Program-made: the position numbers and the translations under genes | Shown here: piece by piece, positions 48,181 to 57,896 of the stretch | Position numbering within the stretch: position 1 is the stretch's first letter | Layout of the letters: each line of letters opens with the position of its first letter | The notes under the pieces: generated by a model | The model's database searches: none | What the model was told of the DNA's origin: nothing | The model's input: only the letters and a program-made list of their open reading frames with translations | From: Syntrophorhabdaceae bacterium | GTDB taxonomy: Bacteria > Desulfobacterota > Syntrophorhabdia > Syntrophorhabdales > Syntrophorhabdaceae | Length of the DNA: 64,000 nt | Assembly (NCBI GenBank): GCA_963665295.1 | Contig: OY762209.1 | Span: 320,001 to 384,000, forward strand | Direction of reading: 5' to 3'

Positions 48181-49401
48181 TCACACGTCGCTGTTTCTCA
48201 CGCCTGAGGGCCTCCATGCAGGAGAGATCACCCCGGGGCCATTGCCCTGGGTGATGGTCGATGCCCGTGTGATGGCGTGTTCTCCGAATTTATCGTTCAC
48301 CGTATCCACGGCCTTTGCGAGGGCGGCCTTCTTCTCCTCGTCCGATTCCTGGAAGAGGGACATCTGTCGATCGGACTTCCCGAGGGACGAGAGGGAAATA
48401 CCGAGGAGCCGCACGCTCCGGTGGAGGCGTATCCCGTTGAGAATAGCCGCCGCGGAGTGGTAGATCTCGCCCGTGTCATTCGTGGGAACGGACAGGGTGG
48501 TCTGCTTCGTAAAGGTCTTGAAGTCCGCATACCTGACGGTGAGGGTAACCTTCTTCCCTTTATGGCCGTAGCGCCGGGCCCGTCTTCCCACCTTTTCACT
48601 CAGCCTGAGAAGGCATTTCATGAGTTCTTCCCGCTCCCACAGGTCTTTGGGAAGAGTGACGCTGTGGCCTATCGATTTCGGCTCCCGGGATGCGACCTCC
48701 AGGGGCCTCTCCAGCCTCCCTGCGCCCATCTCCCTCAAGCGCTCACCAAGAACACCGAACTTCCTGGTAAGGAGGGCAAGAGGCGCCCTTCCCAAGGCGC
48801 CGCACGTGGTGATGCCCATGGCCCGCAACTTGTCCGCGGTGTGCGACCCTATGCCCCACAACTTTTTCACGGGAAGGTCCTCGAAAACGGATGCCAACCC
48901 GTGTTCATCGATCCACCGCAAGCCATCCGGTTTTGCGAGGTCGCTCGCGAGCTTGGCCACAAGGACATTCGGCCCGATGCCTGCGGTGCATGTAATGCCC
49001 AACTCCCGTTTCACTGTCTCCTTGATGGTCCGGGCCACACTCTCGGGACCGCCCGAAAGGTGATGGGAGCCCGTGACGTCGAGGAAGACCTCGTCGATGG
49101 AGTAAATCTCTATATCAGGGGTGAAGCGGAGGCAGATCTCTTCCAGTCTCTTACATATCTCCGCGTATTTCCGGTTGTTCCCCGTCACGAGGATGATGTG
49201 GGGGCAAAGCCTCTTTGCCTCGTACACGGTCATACCTGTCTTGACCCCGAATTTCCGGGCTTCGTAGGACGAGGTGGTGACCACTGTTCTCTCTCCGGCC
49301 CCGGTTACGGCTATGGGCTTGCCCCTGAGCTCCGGGTTGTCCCGCTGTTCCACGGAAGCGAAGAAGGCGTCCATATCGACGCATATGATTATTTTCGCCA
49401 T
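48181..49401 (-). CDS. dinB: DNA polymerase IV
   Basis: CVDMDAFFASVEQ, SYEARKFGV, YSIDE, AKLASD..KPDG, clamp-binding QMSLF. Confidence 0.95.
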   Translation of the reverse strand: MAKIIICVDMDAFFASVEQRDNPELRGKPIAVTGAGERTVVTTSSYEARKFGVKTGMTVYEAKRLCPHIILVTGNNRKYAEICKRLEEICLRFTPDIEIYSIDEVFLDVTGSHHLSGGPESVARTIKETVKRELGITCTAGIGPNVLVAKLASDLAKPDGLRWIDEHGLASVFEDLPVKKLWGIGSHTADKLRAMGITTCGALGRAPLALLTRKFGVLGERLREMGAGRLERPLEVASREPKSIGHSVTLPKDLWEREELMKCLLRLSEKVGRRARRYGHKGKKVTLTVRYADFKTFTKQTTLSVPTNDTGEIYHSAAAILNGIRLHRSVRLLGISLSSLGKSDRQMSLFQESDEEKKAALAKAVDTVNDKFGEHAITRASTITQGNGPGVISPAWRPSGVRNSDV

Positions 49402-49885
49402 GGGTGATTATACCCGGATTACGGACGAAGAACAATGGCTTTCAGAATCCCGGTCATGGTCTTCAGGCCGGAAGTTTCCCGCGCCCCGTCATTCCTTGAA
49501 GATGGTCAGCTTCCTCATCATTTTCGATGGTTTTCCACATTATTTGTTCATAACCTGTTCACAACAATGTAGATTTCTTCCCTAAGTCTTGGATTTTATT
49601 TGAAAGATAGCTTATTGCCGCACCACGAAGCAACGTTTAAAACTTAGTTATTACAGTTACTTAGAAGAGGGAGGCAGGCACCCTGTGCCCTACGGATCTC
49701 CTTAATGAGCTTCACGTAATGGCCTGCAATATCGGGCCGTTTAAGATCATGCCATTTTTCACAAGTGGAACTATTTTGTCTGTCGGGAAGTTACGAGGGG
49801 TTCATCGAGACCGCCGATCTTTGCGCAAATGGTGGTTTTCGACCGGGGGACACGAGACGCCCCGGCCTCATGGGGGATCTTCAAC

Positions 49886-50227
49886 TCACCGGGAAGAAAG
49901 TTTTTGGCGATCCCGGGGCTCTTCCCGGTCCCCGGCCTTCATTGCCGTGCTCCCGGCGACATGGTTCTCTCCGTCTCCGGATTTGCGGACTTTGCCCTTG
50001 GGATGTATCGCATCGCGCGTCGCGCGAATGAGCTTCGCCCCCGGAATAATATGCCACTTGAGGAGCAGGGCGACAGCCACCGCCACCAATACGGGGAAAA
50101 CGAATCCGGATATTGCCTCGTAAAAATCTCTGATCAGATCCAATACAACCTGTCCCGACTCCGGGCTTCCGTATATCAGGCACAACATTGCAGCCTGCTG
50201 CCCGGCCCCGGAGCTTGCGTACTCCAA
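49886..50227 (-). CDS. Hypothetical single-TM protein
   Basis: TTG start after GAGAGGAAG; hydrophobic segment FVFPVLVAVAVALLL; no family recognised. Confidence 0.35.
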   Translation of the reverse strand: MEYASSGAGQQAAMLCLIYGSPESGQVVLDLIRDFYEAISGFVFPVLVAVAVALLLKWHIIPGAKLIRATRDAIHPKGKVRKSGDGENHVAGSTAMKAGDREEPRDRQKLSSR

Positions 50228-50498
50228 CTTCCTCTCTATTTCTTTTCCATGGGCAGAAATAGGGCAGAAAAGGGTAAATTCACCGAATGGCGTTAAGAGC
50301 CATCGCTGTGTTTAAGCATACGATATTAAAGCCGTTATGTAAAGTGTCCCGGCAAGGGGGTAACGGAATATCCCCTTTTTCCTGCTCTTTCCGGCGATCC
50401 TTACGCGGGCGGGCCACGGGTGCCCTGCTCAGTTGTCGCACCCTGACTTTGTAATGTACCGGAGAGCAAGGAAAAGGGCCTCGCCGGATAAGGACTCA

Positions 50499-50527
50499 TT
50501 GACATACAAATCGGTTATTCTTATACT
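50499..50527 (+). promoter_or_regulatory. Near-consensus sigma70 promoter
   Basis: TTGACA-N17-TATACT. Confidence 0.75.
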
Positions 50528-50577
50528 TTCATCTCACCACGGGAGCGACGTATATACCACATGAGGAGGATTACGCC

Positions 50578-50757
50578 ATGGATTCAAAAGAGGCAACGAT
50601 TCTGGATGTGATGAAGAAGGAAGGCAAGTGCATGAGACCGGGTGACATCGCCAAGAAGGCCGAGATGGACAAGGATGAGGTCTCGAAGATCATCGACAAG
50701 CTGAAGAAGGACGGGAAAGTGACCTCTCCCAAGCGATGTTTCTATGAACCGGTGTAA
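50578..50757 (+). CDS. Small 59-aa winged-helix DNA-binding protein (not in ORF track)
   Basis: MDSKEATILDVMKKEGKCMRPGDIAKKAEMDKDEVSKIIDKLKKDGKVTSPKRCFYEPV*; SD GAGGAGG; promoter upstream. Confidence 0.85.
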   Translation: MDSKEATILDVMKKEGKCMRPGDIAKKAEMDKDEVSKIIDKLKKDGKVTSPKRCFYEPV

Positions 50758-50866
50758 ATGACAACGGCGGAAGATCGGTTGTTCCACCCTGAGTCCTGCC
50801 GGTATATAACCAGGGGAGAATCAGGCGCCGGGACAACACACAACAAAAACATACAAAGGACTGATT

Positions 50867-51283
50867 ATGGACGACACCGTCACGCAGGAACAGCGCATTA
50901 CGGAAGTATTAGGCGCGGATAATATCACGGTTACCCTGAAATCGTTAACCCTCTACCGGGATTATCTCAGGAAGAACCTCGATGCCTCATTCACAATGAC
51001 CGGGGTTGAAGGCTTCCCCTGGGAAGGAGAGTATGCGTTTAATCCCGACGATACGGCAGACCGGGAAGCCCTGAAAAGGAAGCAGCCTTCCCCTGCGGAC
51101 ATTTACGAACTGAAACGCTTTGAAGATCTCATTGACGAAGTCACGGGAATCCTTGTAAAAGTGAAACGGGTAAATGACAACCAGCGCTTCATCGTTAAGC
51201 TTGCGTCCCTGAAGGCGACAGACGAGACATCGAGGAACTTCACCCTTCTCGATGATTATTCGGCATGGTTCGTCAACCACTGA
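50867..51283 (+). CDS. Hypothetical protein resembling the CcbP-like calcium-binding family
   Basis: TGVEGFPWE, GILVKVKR, L.SL...D...NF.LLDDYSAWFVN; family call from memory. Confidence 0.6.
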   Translation: MDDTVTQEQRITEVLGADNITVTLKSLTLYRDYLRKNLDASFTMTGVEGFPWEGEYAFNPDDTADREALKRKQPSPADIYELKRFEDLIDEVTGILVKVKRVNDNQRFIVKLASLKATDETSRNFTLLDDYSAWFVNH

Positions 51284-51363
51284 AATGAATCCTGAACAGA
51301 CGCCGGGGTCCGGGTTTTCGACGCGGCCCGCGGCGGAAGCCCCTTATCCGACGGAGGCTCCGT

Positions 51364-53106
51364 TCAGATTCTTTGCTTTTTGCGGTTCTTCTCCTGGTAC
51401 ATAAGATCATCCGCCCTGGCAATAAGCTCATCGAGGGAGTCGCCGGGTTCAAAAAGTGCCGTTCCCACGCTCAAGGAGAGCCGGTATCCTCCGGTTTCAT
51501 GTGTGTTGAACTCATGGAGTATACTGTCAAGGCGTTCCATGAGAGATTCTCTGCTTTCATGGTCCGTATCGATGGCGAGGGCCGCAAATTCGTCCCCTCC
51601 CATGCGTCCGATGATGTCCGATTTTCTGAATGTCTGCCGGAGAATCGCGGAGACGTCGACGAGGGCCCGGTCGCCCTCCCTGTGACCCAGTGTATCGTTG
51701 ATCTGTTTCATGCCGTCGAGGTCGATAAAGAATAACTCCATGCCCTTCCCGGTTCTCTCCGCCAGTTTCAATTGCTGCTGGGCAAGAGTGAGAAACCCGC
51801 GCCGATTGTATAATCCGGTAAGTTCGTCGGTGGTCGTCATGGCCTTGAGCCTTTCTTCCATCTCCCTCCTTTCCGTGACATCCCTCAAGTAGGCAAGAGA
51901 GGCCGGTTCTCCTTCGAAGAAGGTCATAGCCACGGAGGCTTCGATATAAATCACGGTCCCGTCCTTCCTTATCCCCTTATATTCGTACCGCGACGGGGCA
52001 GGCTCGCCCTGTTGCCGCCTCCGGGCATATTCCACCACCCTCTCCCGGTCATCGGGATGGGCCTCCCGGTGTTCCTCTCCCTGCATAAAGTCTTCAAGGC
52101 TTTCGTAACCGAATATATCCAGAAATTTCCGATTGATGAAAACGTTCCGGCCTCCCTTGTCCAGCGCCACCCCGTCGTTGGAATGTTCTATGGCCGTACG
52201 GTAACGCTCTTCCGATTCCTTCAGCCTCATCTCTATCTTTTTGCGCTCTGTGATGTCTGCGCCGATGCCGAAGAAATAGTCAAGGCTCCCATCGGGTTTT
52301 CTTATGGCACGGCCGTTCCATTCCACCAGCAACTCCCTCCCGTCCTTCGTCAATACCCTGTTTTCATGGAGCGTCGGCTCGACCCGGACCATCAAATCAG
52401 AGATAACCCCCAAAAGGCGCTCCCTGTCCCCATGGGGGATGAGGGTTGAAAGACAATCCTTGCCCGTTACCTCTTCCAGGGTGTAGCCAAGCATACGAAG
52501 GGTGGAATTATTCATCACCCTGATTGTGCCGTCGCTGTTGACGGCAACAAGAAAAGCAGGAGAGGTTTCAATCATGGTGGAACTGAAATCCCTTTCCTTG
52601 CGCAGCGTCTCCTCGATACGCCTGCGTTCCGTGATATCACGGACAACGGCCTGGAGAAACGGTTTGCCGTCCAGCACCACGGCAGTGAGCAGCACATCGG
52701 CAAGGAAGGTCTCACCGGTGTCGGCGCGCTTGTGGACCCACTCGAATTGGACCCTGCCCTTTTCGAGGGCTGCGGCCATGCGCCGGTTACTCAGAGTGAT
52801 GGACTCCGTGCCGCAAGGCTGGAAGGGCGGGGACAAGTCGCCGGGGTGCATCGAACAGAACCGCTCTCTGCTCTCGCAGCCGAAAACCGCCAGAGCCGCC
52901 TCGTTGCAGTCGAGAAAGCCCTTCTCGTCCGCCAACATCACTGCGTCGCCGGTCGCATCGTAAAGGGTGCGGAATTTCATCTCGGAGCGAAGCAGTGTTT
53001 CTTCGGTGTGCCGATATTCTCTTTCCCGCAGTTCCAGTTCCCGGACCCTCTTTCTCAAAGCCGATATTTCTTCGACGAGTTCCTTTTTTGTCCTGGATGG
53101 GCTCAC
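51364..53106 (-). CDS. Three-PAS diguanylate cyclase
   Basis: DELTGLYNRRG, IDLDGMK.IND.LGH..GD, RKSD I-site, GGDEF. Confidence 0.93.
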   Translation of the reverse strand: MSPSRTKKELVEEISALRKRVRELELREREYRHTEETLLRSEMKFRTLYDATGDAVMLADEKGFLDCNEAALAVFGCESRERFCSMHPGDLSPPFQPCGTESITLSNRRMAAALEKGRVQFEWVHKRADTGETFLADVLLTAVVLDGKPFLQAVVRDITERRRIEETLRKERDFSSTMIETSPAFLVAVNSDGTIRVMNNSTLRMLGYTLEEVTGKDCLSTLIPHGDRERLLGVISDLMVRVEPTLHENRVLTKDGRELLVEWNGRAIRKPDGSLDYFFGIGADITERKKIEMRLKESEERYRTAIEHSNDGVALDKGGRNVFINRKFLDIFGYESLEDFMQGEEHREAHPDDRERVVEYARRRQQGEPAPSRYEYKGIRKDGTVIYIEASVAMTFFEGEPASLAYLRDVTERREMEERLKAMTTTDELTGLYNRRGFLTLAQQQLKLAERTGKGMELFFIDLDGMKQINDTLGHREGDRALVDVSAILRQTFRKSDIIGRMGGDEFAALAIDTDHESRESLMERLDSILHEFNTHETGGYRLSLSVGTALFEPGDSLDELIARADDLMYQEKNRKKQRI

Positions 53107-53262
53107 CCGGCCTCCTTGTGTAGTGAATAATGGTTATTATCGCATAATACTTCTGAAAATCTCAGCAAAATTAGCGGGTCACCCGGGGCGGGTATGACGT
53201 GGTAACCGTGACATTGATGCAAGGTAAATGGTACCTTAGCATAAATACCTGGGCATTATGAT

Positions 53263-53586
53263 ATGTCATGGAATAAGAATGCAGGAGGCAGACCCGTGGA
53301 ACCCAAACATATACTGACCCTCGATGAGACCGCCAAGAGACTTGGATTAAGCAGAAACAGGGTGCGATCTTATGTGGATGAGCGTCGCCTGACCCCGGAA
53401 TACGTGAACAACAACGGGACACCCTACTGGTCGCCGGAATTTGTTGAGAGACTGAAACAGGTTCTTGATATACAGCGCGCCCAAAAGGTGGTGGGACGCA
53501 AACCGAAAATGATAATCGATCCCGATTACGAACCACCCCGGCAGCGGGCCGGGACAGACCGGGAAGCAGGGGATAGCAGTAGCTGA
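53263..53586 (+). CDS. Excisionase/MerR-like helix-turn-helix protein
   Basis: ILTLDETAKRLGLSRNRVRSYV..RRL.P. Confidence 0.7.
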   Translation: MSWNKNAGGRPVEPKHILTLDETAKRLGLSRNRVRSYVDERRLTPEYVNNNGTPYWSPEFVERLKQVLDIQRAQKVVGRKPKMIIDPDYEPPRQRAGTDREAGDSSS

Positions 53587-53645
53587 CCCTTCGGCATAGC
53601 CGCAAAGCACCGAACCTGCGTCACGTGAGAAGGAGAAGAAGATTC

Positions 53646-56279
53646 ATGGACCGCATCAGAGAAATGTTGAATCCCCGATCGGTAGCCCTCATCGGTGCTA
53701 CCGAAAAAGAGAATTCCGTGGGAAGAACCGTCCTCACGAACCTCCTTCACGGCTCCAACCGTTTCGTGTACCCCGTAAATCCCGGCAGGCAGACCGTGCT
53801 CGGTGCCCCATGTTTCCCGTCCATCACGGACCTTCCGGCCCATGTCGATCTGGCCGTCATCGCCGCACCCGCCGCCGCCGTTCCCGGACTCGTGAGGGAG
53901 TGTGGAGAAGCCGGGGTGTCGGGCGCCATCATCCTGTCCGCGGGCTTCGGAAAAGCGGATCCCCGGGAAAGAGAGTTGGAAAAGGAAATCATCCATGTCC
54001 GCAGGAAGTGCGGAATGAGGGTCATCGGCCCCAACTGCCTGGGAGTCATCCTTCCCCATATCGGCCTCAATACCACCTTCCTCGCGACGAACCCCAAGCC
54101 GGGTAAGATCGCCCTTATATCCCGGGCCCTGGGCGATGCGATACTCGATTGGGGCGGCACCATGGGCATAGGCTTCAGCATGTTCGCGTCCCTCGGCTCC
54201 ATGATAGACGTGGGATACGGCGATCTCATCGACTTTCTCACCGACGATTACAGAACCAGGAGCATGATGATCTACATGGAGAATGTGGGAGACGCGAGAA
54301 GGTTCATCAGCGCCGCCCGCGGCTTCGCCCTGAGCAAACCCATTGTCGTGCTGAAACCGGGTCGGTCACGGGCCGGCGCCCGGTTTATCTCCACCCGCGC
54401 AGGGGGACCGGCGGGAGACGACCGGGTGTATGATGCCGTCTTCAAACGGGTTGGCGCGGCAAGGGTGCGGGAGGTATCGGACCTGCTCAATATGGCGGGA
54501 GTCCTCGACTCGCCCCGCCTGCCCAGAGGTCCGAGACTTGCCATCATCACGAATGCGGGGGATGTGGGAATCCTGGCTGCTGATACCCTGACGGAACTCG
54601 GGGGCACCCTGGCGGGACTCTCCGGCAACGACACGGATAAGCTCGACCTCTATCTGCCCGAACAGTGGACCCGGGACGATCCGGTCGACATAGGGGGAAC
54701 TACGGATACAGGACGGTATATGAACACCATCGAGGCCTGTCTCGGCGATGCAGGGGTGGACGGCATCCTGGTGATCTACACACCACGGGCTGCCGCCCAG
54801 ACAACCGACCTTGCCCGGGCCCTTATCGACATTTCACGGAAGACTGCGAAGCCTGTTATCGTCACCTGGATAGGAGGAGAGCATGCCGCCGAAGGCAGGC
54901 GTATTCTCCTACAGAACAATGTGCCCGCCTACGCAACCCCGGAAGAAGCGGTGAAGACCTACCTCTACATGTACGGTTACCGGCGCAACATCGAGCTTCT
55001 CTACGAGACCCCCGCGGAAGTGGCGCAGAAGGACCCGCCTCTCAAGAATTACCTGAAAACGATCATCCGGAAGGCGGTAACAGAGGGAAGGCCTCTACTG
55101 GGCGCGGAAGCGTCTCTTGACCTGCTCAGGAATTACCGTATCGGGACGGCGAAAACGGCGGTGGTCGGCAACGTGGACCAGATTCCGGGACAAGCCCGGA
55201 AACTCGGTTTCCCTGTATCCCTCACCATACGTTACCTTCGTGAGGGCAGGGACGGCCGGGCTGTTTCCCTGTCAGGAGAGGAGGAAATAGACCGGGTGTG
55301 CGGCGAGGTCAGGCGAAACCTCCACGGGCAGGGCCTCATTGAAGGGCAGGATATGGAGATCATCCTTCAGAAAATGACCGACCCCCAGGCATTGAGGCTG
55401 AAGGTCGCCTCAAGGCGGGACACGGAGTTCCGGACCGTCCTGGTCCTCAGCCCGGACACAGGAAACGGCGATGATGCAGCCATAGGCCTGCCGCCCCTGA
55501 ACAAGACCCTCGCAAGACGTTTCCTCGAAGGGACCCCGGTCTATCACACACTCAGTTGCACCGGCCCGGGGCAGGAGACCATCGGAAAACTTGAAGATGT
55601 CCTGCTCAGCTTTTCGGACCTGGTTATCGATTTCGGAGAAATTGAGAGCTTTGAATTCGTCCTATCAATCGGCAAGTCGGATGTTCTCGCCCAGGAGGTA
55701 TCGGTCGTTCCCTCACGGCACTATGACGATTCCCGTTCCTATCCCCACCTCGTGATCACCCCTTATCCCTCGCGCTACATGACCGCGTGGAACCTTCCCG
55801 ATGGAACCGACGTCCTTTTGAGGCCCGTCCGGCCCGAAGACGAGTCCATGGTCAGGGAGATGCTTGACAGTCTGTCCGAAGAGACGTTACGAGTGAGGTA
55901 TTTCACTGTCCGGGAGATAGACCACGACCTTCTCATACGGTCCTGCAATATCGACTACGACCGGGAAGTAGCGATAATCGCAGAGATAAAGCATACCGGA
56001 GGGAAAAAGATGGTCGGGGGGGCCAGACTCATCAGGGAGCCGGGCTCGGCAAGAGGCCAGTTCGCCATCCTGGTACACGATGATTACCAGGGCATGGGAT
56101 TGGGGGCAAAGCTGATCGACACCCTCATAGGCATAGCCCACGATAAGCGGCTGGAGGAGATGTACGGTCTTGTGCTGACCGAGAACCAGAGGATGCTTGC
56201 CCTGGCCGCCAAATTCGGATTCGAATTGAAGCGCGAACCGGAAGGCATCTCCAGGGTCACTTTGTCCTTCACGACCTGA
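53646..56279 (+). CDS. Acyl-CoA synthetase (NDP-forming)-like/GNAT fusion, Pat/YfiQ-type protein acetyltransferase
   Basis: PRSVALIGA, YPVNP, IGPNCLG, TNAG, VI.PYP..Y, LRPVRPED, IDYDREVA, QGMGLG..L GNAT motif A. Confidence 0.88.
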   Translation: MDRIREMLNPRSVALIGATEKENSVGRTVLTNLLHGSNRFVYPVNPGRQTVLGAPCFPSITDLPAHVDLAVIAAPAAAVPGLVRECGEAGVSGAIILSAGFGKADPRERELEKEIIHVRRKCGMRVIGPNCLGVILPHIGLNTTFLATNPKPGKIALISRALGDAILDWGGTMGIGFSMFASLGSMIDVGYGDLIDFLTDDYRTRSMMIYMENVGDARRFISAARGFALSKPIVVLKPGRSRAGARFISTRAGGPAGDDRVYDAVFKRVGAARVREVSDLLNMAGVLDSPRLPRGPRLAIITNAGDVGILAADTLTELGGTLAGLSGNDTDKLDLYLPEQWTRDDPVDIGGTTDTGRYMNTIEACLGDAGVDGILVIYTPRAAAQTTDLARALIDISRKTAKPVIVTWIGGEHAAEGRRILLQNNVPAYATPEEAVKTYLYMYGYRRNIELLYETPAEVAQKDPPLKNYLKTIIRKAVTEGRPLLGAEASLDLLRNYRIGTAKTAVVGNVDQIPGQARKLGFPVSLTIRYLREGRDGRAVSLSGEEEIDRVCGEVRRNLHGQGLIEGQDMEIILQKMTDPQALRLKVASRRDTEFRTVLVLSPDTGNGDDAAIGLPPLNKTLARRFLEGTPVYHTLSCTGPGQETIGKLEDVLLSFSDLVIDFGEIESFEFVLSIGKSDVLAQEVSVVPSRHYDDSRSYPHLVITPYPSRYMTAWNLPDGTDVLLRPVRPEDESMVREMLDSLSEETLRVRYFTVREIDHDLLIRSCNIDYDREVAIIAEIKHTGGKKMVGGARLIREPGSARGQFAILVHDDYQGMGLGAKLIDTLIGIAHDKRLEEMYGLVLTENQRMLALAAKFGFELKREPEGISRVTLSFTT

Positions 56280-56373
56280 CAAGAAAAAGGGGTATCTCTT
56301 CTCCCGCGCCATATTTTCCCTCCACCCTGCGACAAATGTCGTGGGCGGATTGCCGCGAATGGCTTTGAGCGAT

Positions 56374-56784
56374 CTACTCGCCTTTCGGGCCGGGCCAAAA
56401 ATGGGGATTCCATGCCACCTCCCACAAATGTCCGTCAGGATCGGCGAAATATCCCGAGTAACCACCCCAAAACACATCCTGCGCGGGCTTGATGAGCTTC
56501 CCGCCCGACTCAACGGCCCGATCGATCACATCCCTGACCTCTTCCTTGCTTGACACTACATGGGCCAGGGTAATTCCCCGAAAACCGGCCCCATCGGCCG
56601 TGACCGCGGCATCTTCCGCAAGGGCATTCCACGGATACAATGACAGCCATGAGCCGTCCAGCATGAAGAAGGCGGCGCCTCCCTCAAAGGGCATTCGGGG
56701 AAAACCGAGTCCCCTTTCGTAGAACCGGACCGCCCTTTCCATATCCGCAACACCGAGAGTAATCATGTTGATCCGCGGTTTCAT
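56374..56784 (-). CDS. VOC/glyoxalase family protein
   Basis: ITLGVADM.RA..FYE.GLG, FWGGYSGYFADPDGHLWEVAWNP. Confidence 0.92.
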   Translation of the reverse strand: MKPRINMITLGVADMERAVRFYERGLGFPRMPFEGGAAFFMLDGSWLSLYPWNALAEDAAVTADGAGFRGITLAHVVSSKEEVRDVIDRAVESGGKLIKPAQDVFWGGYSGYFADPDGHLWEVAWNPHFWPGPKGE

Positions 56785-57139
56785 TATTCATCTCCTTTGA
56801 GTATAGCGAAGTATTCAGCAGCAGGCCGGCGTTTCCCGCCAATTCCGTTTCCCCGACTCCCGCCCACAGATTCATTATCCTTGAAATCAGGGTCACTTTC
56901 AAGGGGAAAGCAGGGGAACAGCTACCGGGCCTCAACCGCTCTCATCGGCCGCGCAGAGATACTGCATCGGGGACCCGGATGGCGGCGGGAAACAGATGCC
57001 GGGCATCCAAACGGATCCTTTACACAAAGGAATTTACTTATACCGCGCCGTAGCGTATGATTGAAACAGATCCTTCCGGTCCCGGCTTGTCCGGGCCGGT
57101 GGTGATGCCCGACATTCAGACAAAGGAGAAAATCACCGG

Positions 57140-57892
57140 TTGGAAGCAACGTGTCTCGTCATATCGGCGCTGGTCATGGAGTTCATCGACAGCTTTCTGG
57201 GTATGATGTATGGGACGGTCCTGGCGCCTCTCCTCATCATCATGAATTACGGCACGAAGGACGTAGTGCCCTCCATCCTTATTTCCCAGGCCATAGGTGG
57301 TTTCATCGCCTCCTGGCGCCATCACTGTTTCAGGAACGCCGACTTCAACCGGGGCGCCACGGACCGGCACATTGCAGTAACGATCATCTGGTTCGGCGTC
57401 TTTGCCTGCCTCGCCGGCGTATTCCTCTCCGTGTCCATATCCCCCAAAGCCCTGAATACCTATATCGGTCTTCTCGTAACCGTCATCGGCGTCCTCATCC
57501 TCTGCAGACAATCCCTTGTCCTGACCGACGGGAAGGTGTATCTCCTCGGATTCGTGAGCGCCTTCAACAAGGCCTTGTCCGGGGGTGGATTCGGCCCCCT
57601 TGTTGCGGGAGGACAGCTTGTGTTTCGCGACCGGTCCGAAAAAGGGGCCATCGGTTCCACCGACTTCGCGGAAGCCCCGATCTGCCTCTTCAGCTTTCTT
57701 CTCTGGGTAGCCTTCAAAGGATTCCCCTCCCCGCGCCTGTGGGTACCCCTCTCGATAGGTTCCGCCATCGGCGGCTTCTTCGGGCCCAGGTGCCTGAGCG
57801 CGATACAGTCAAAGGAGAAGCTGAAACGGTTGTTGGGCGTCCTGGTTCTTCTGGAAGGCGTCTGGGTCCTTTACAAGGTTTGGATCAGGTAG
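57140..57892 (+). CDS. TSUP (TauE/SafE) family membrane transporter
   Basis: EFIDS.LGMMYGT...P.L, FNKALSGGGFGP, about eight TM segments. Confidence 0.85.
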   Translation: MEATCLVISALVMEFIDSFLGMMYGTVLAPLLIIMNYGTKDVVPSILISQAIGGFIASWRHHCFRNADFNRGATDRHIAVTIIWFGVFACLAGVFLSVSISPKALNTYIGLLVTVIGVLILCRQSLVLTDGKVYLLGFVSAFNKALSGGGFGPLVAGGQLVFRDRSEKGAIGSTDFAEAPICLFSFLLWVAFKGFPSPRLWVPLSIGSAIGGFFGPRCLSAIQSKEKLKRLLGVLVLLEGVWVLYKVWIR

Positions 57893-57896
57893 GTCC

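Noticed and set aside
50584..50787. Minus-strand 67-aa ORF in the track
   Set aside because: Antisense to the 59-aa wHTH gene, which has the promoter, SD and a protein-like pattern
53263..53586. Excisionase-like HTH as a sign of an integrated element
   Set aside because: No integrase, att-like repeats, tRNA or phage/plasmid genes nearby
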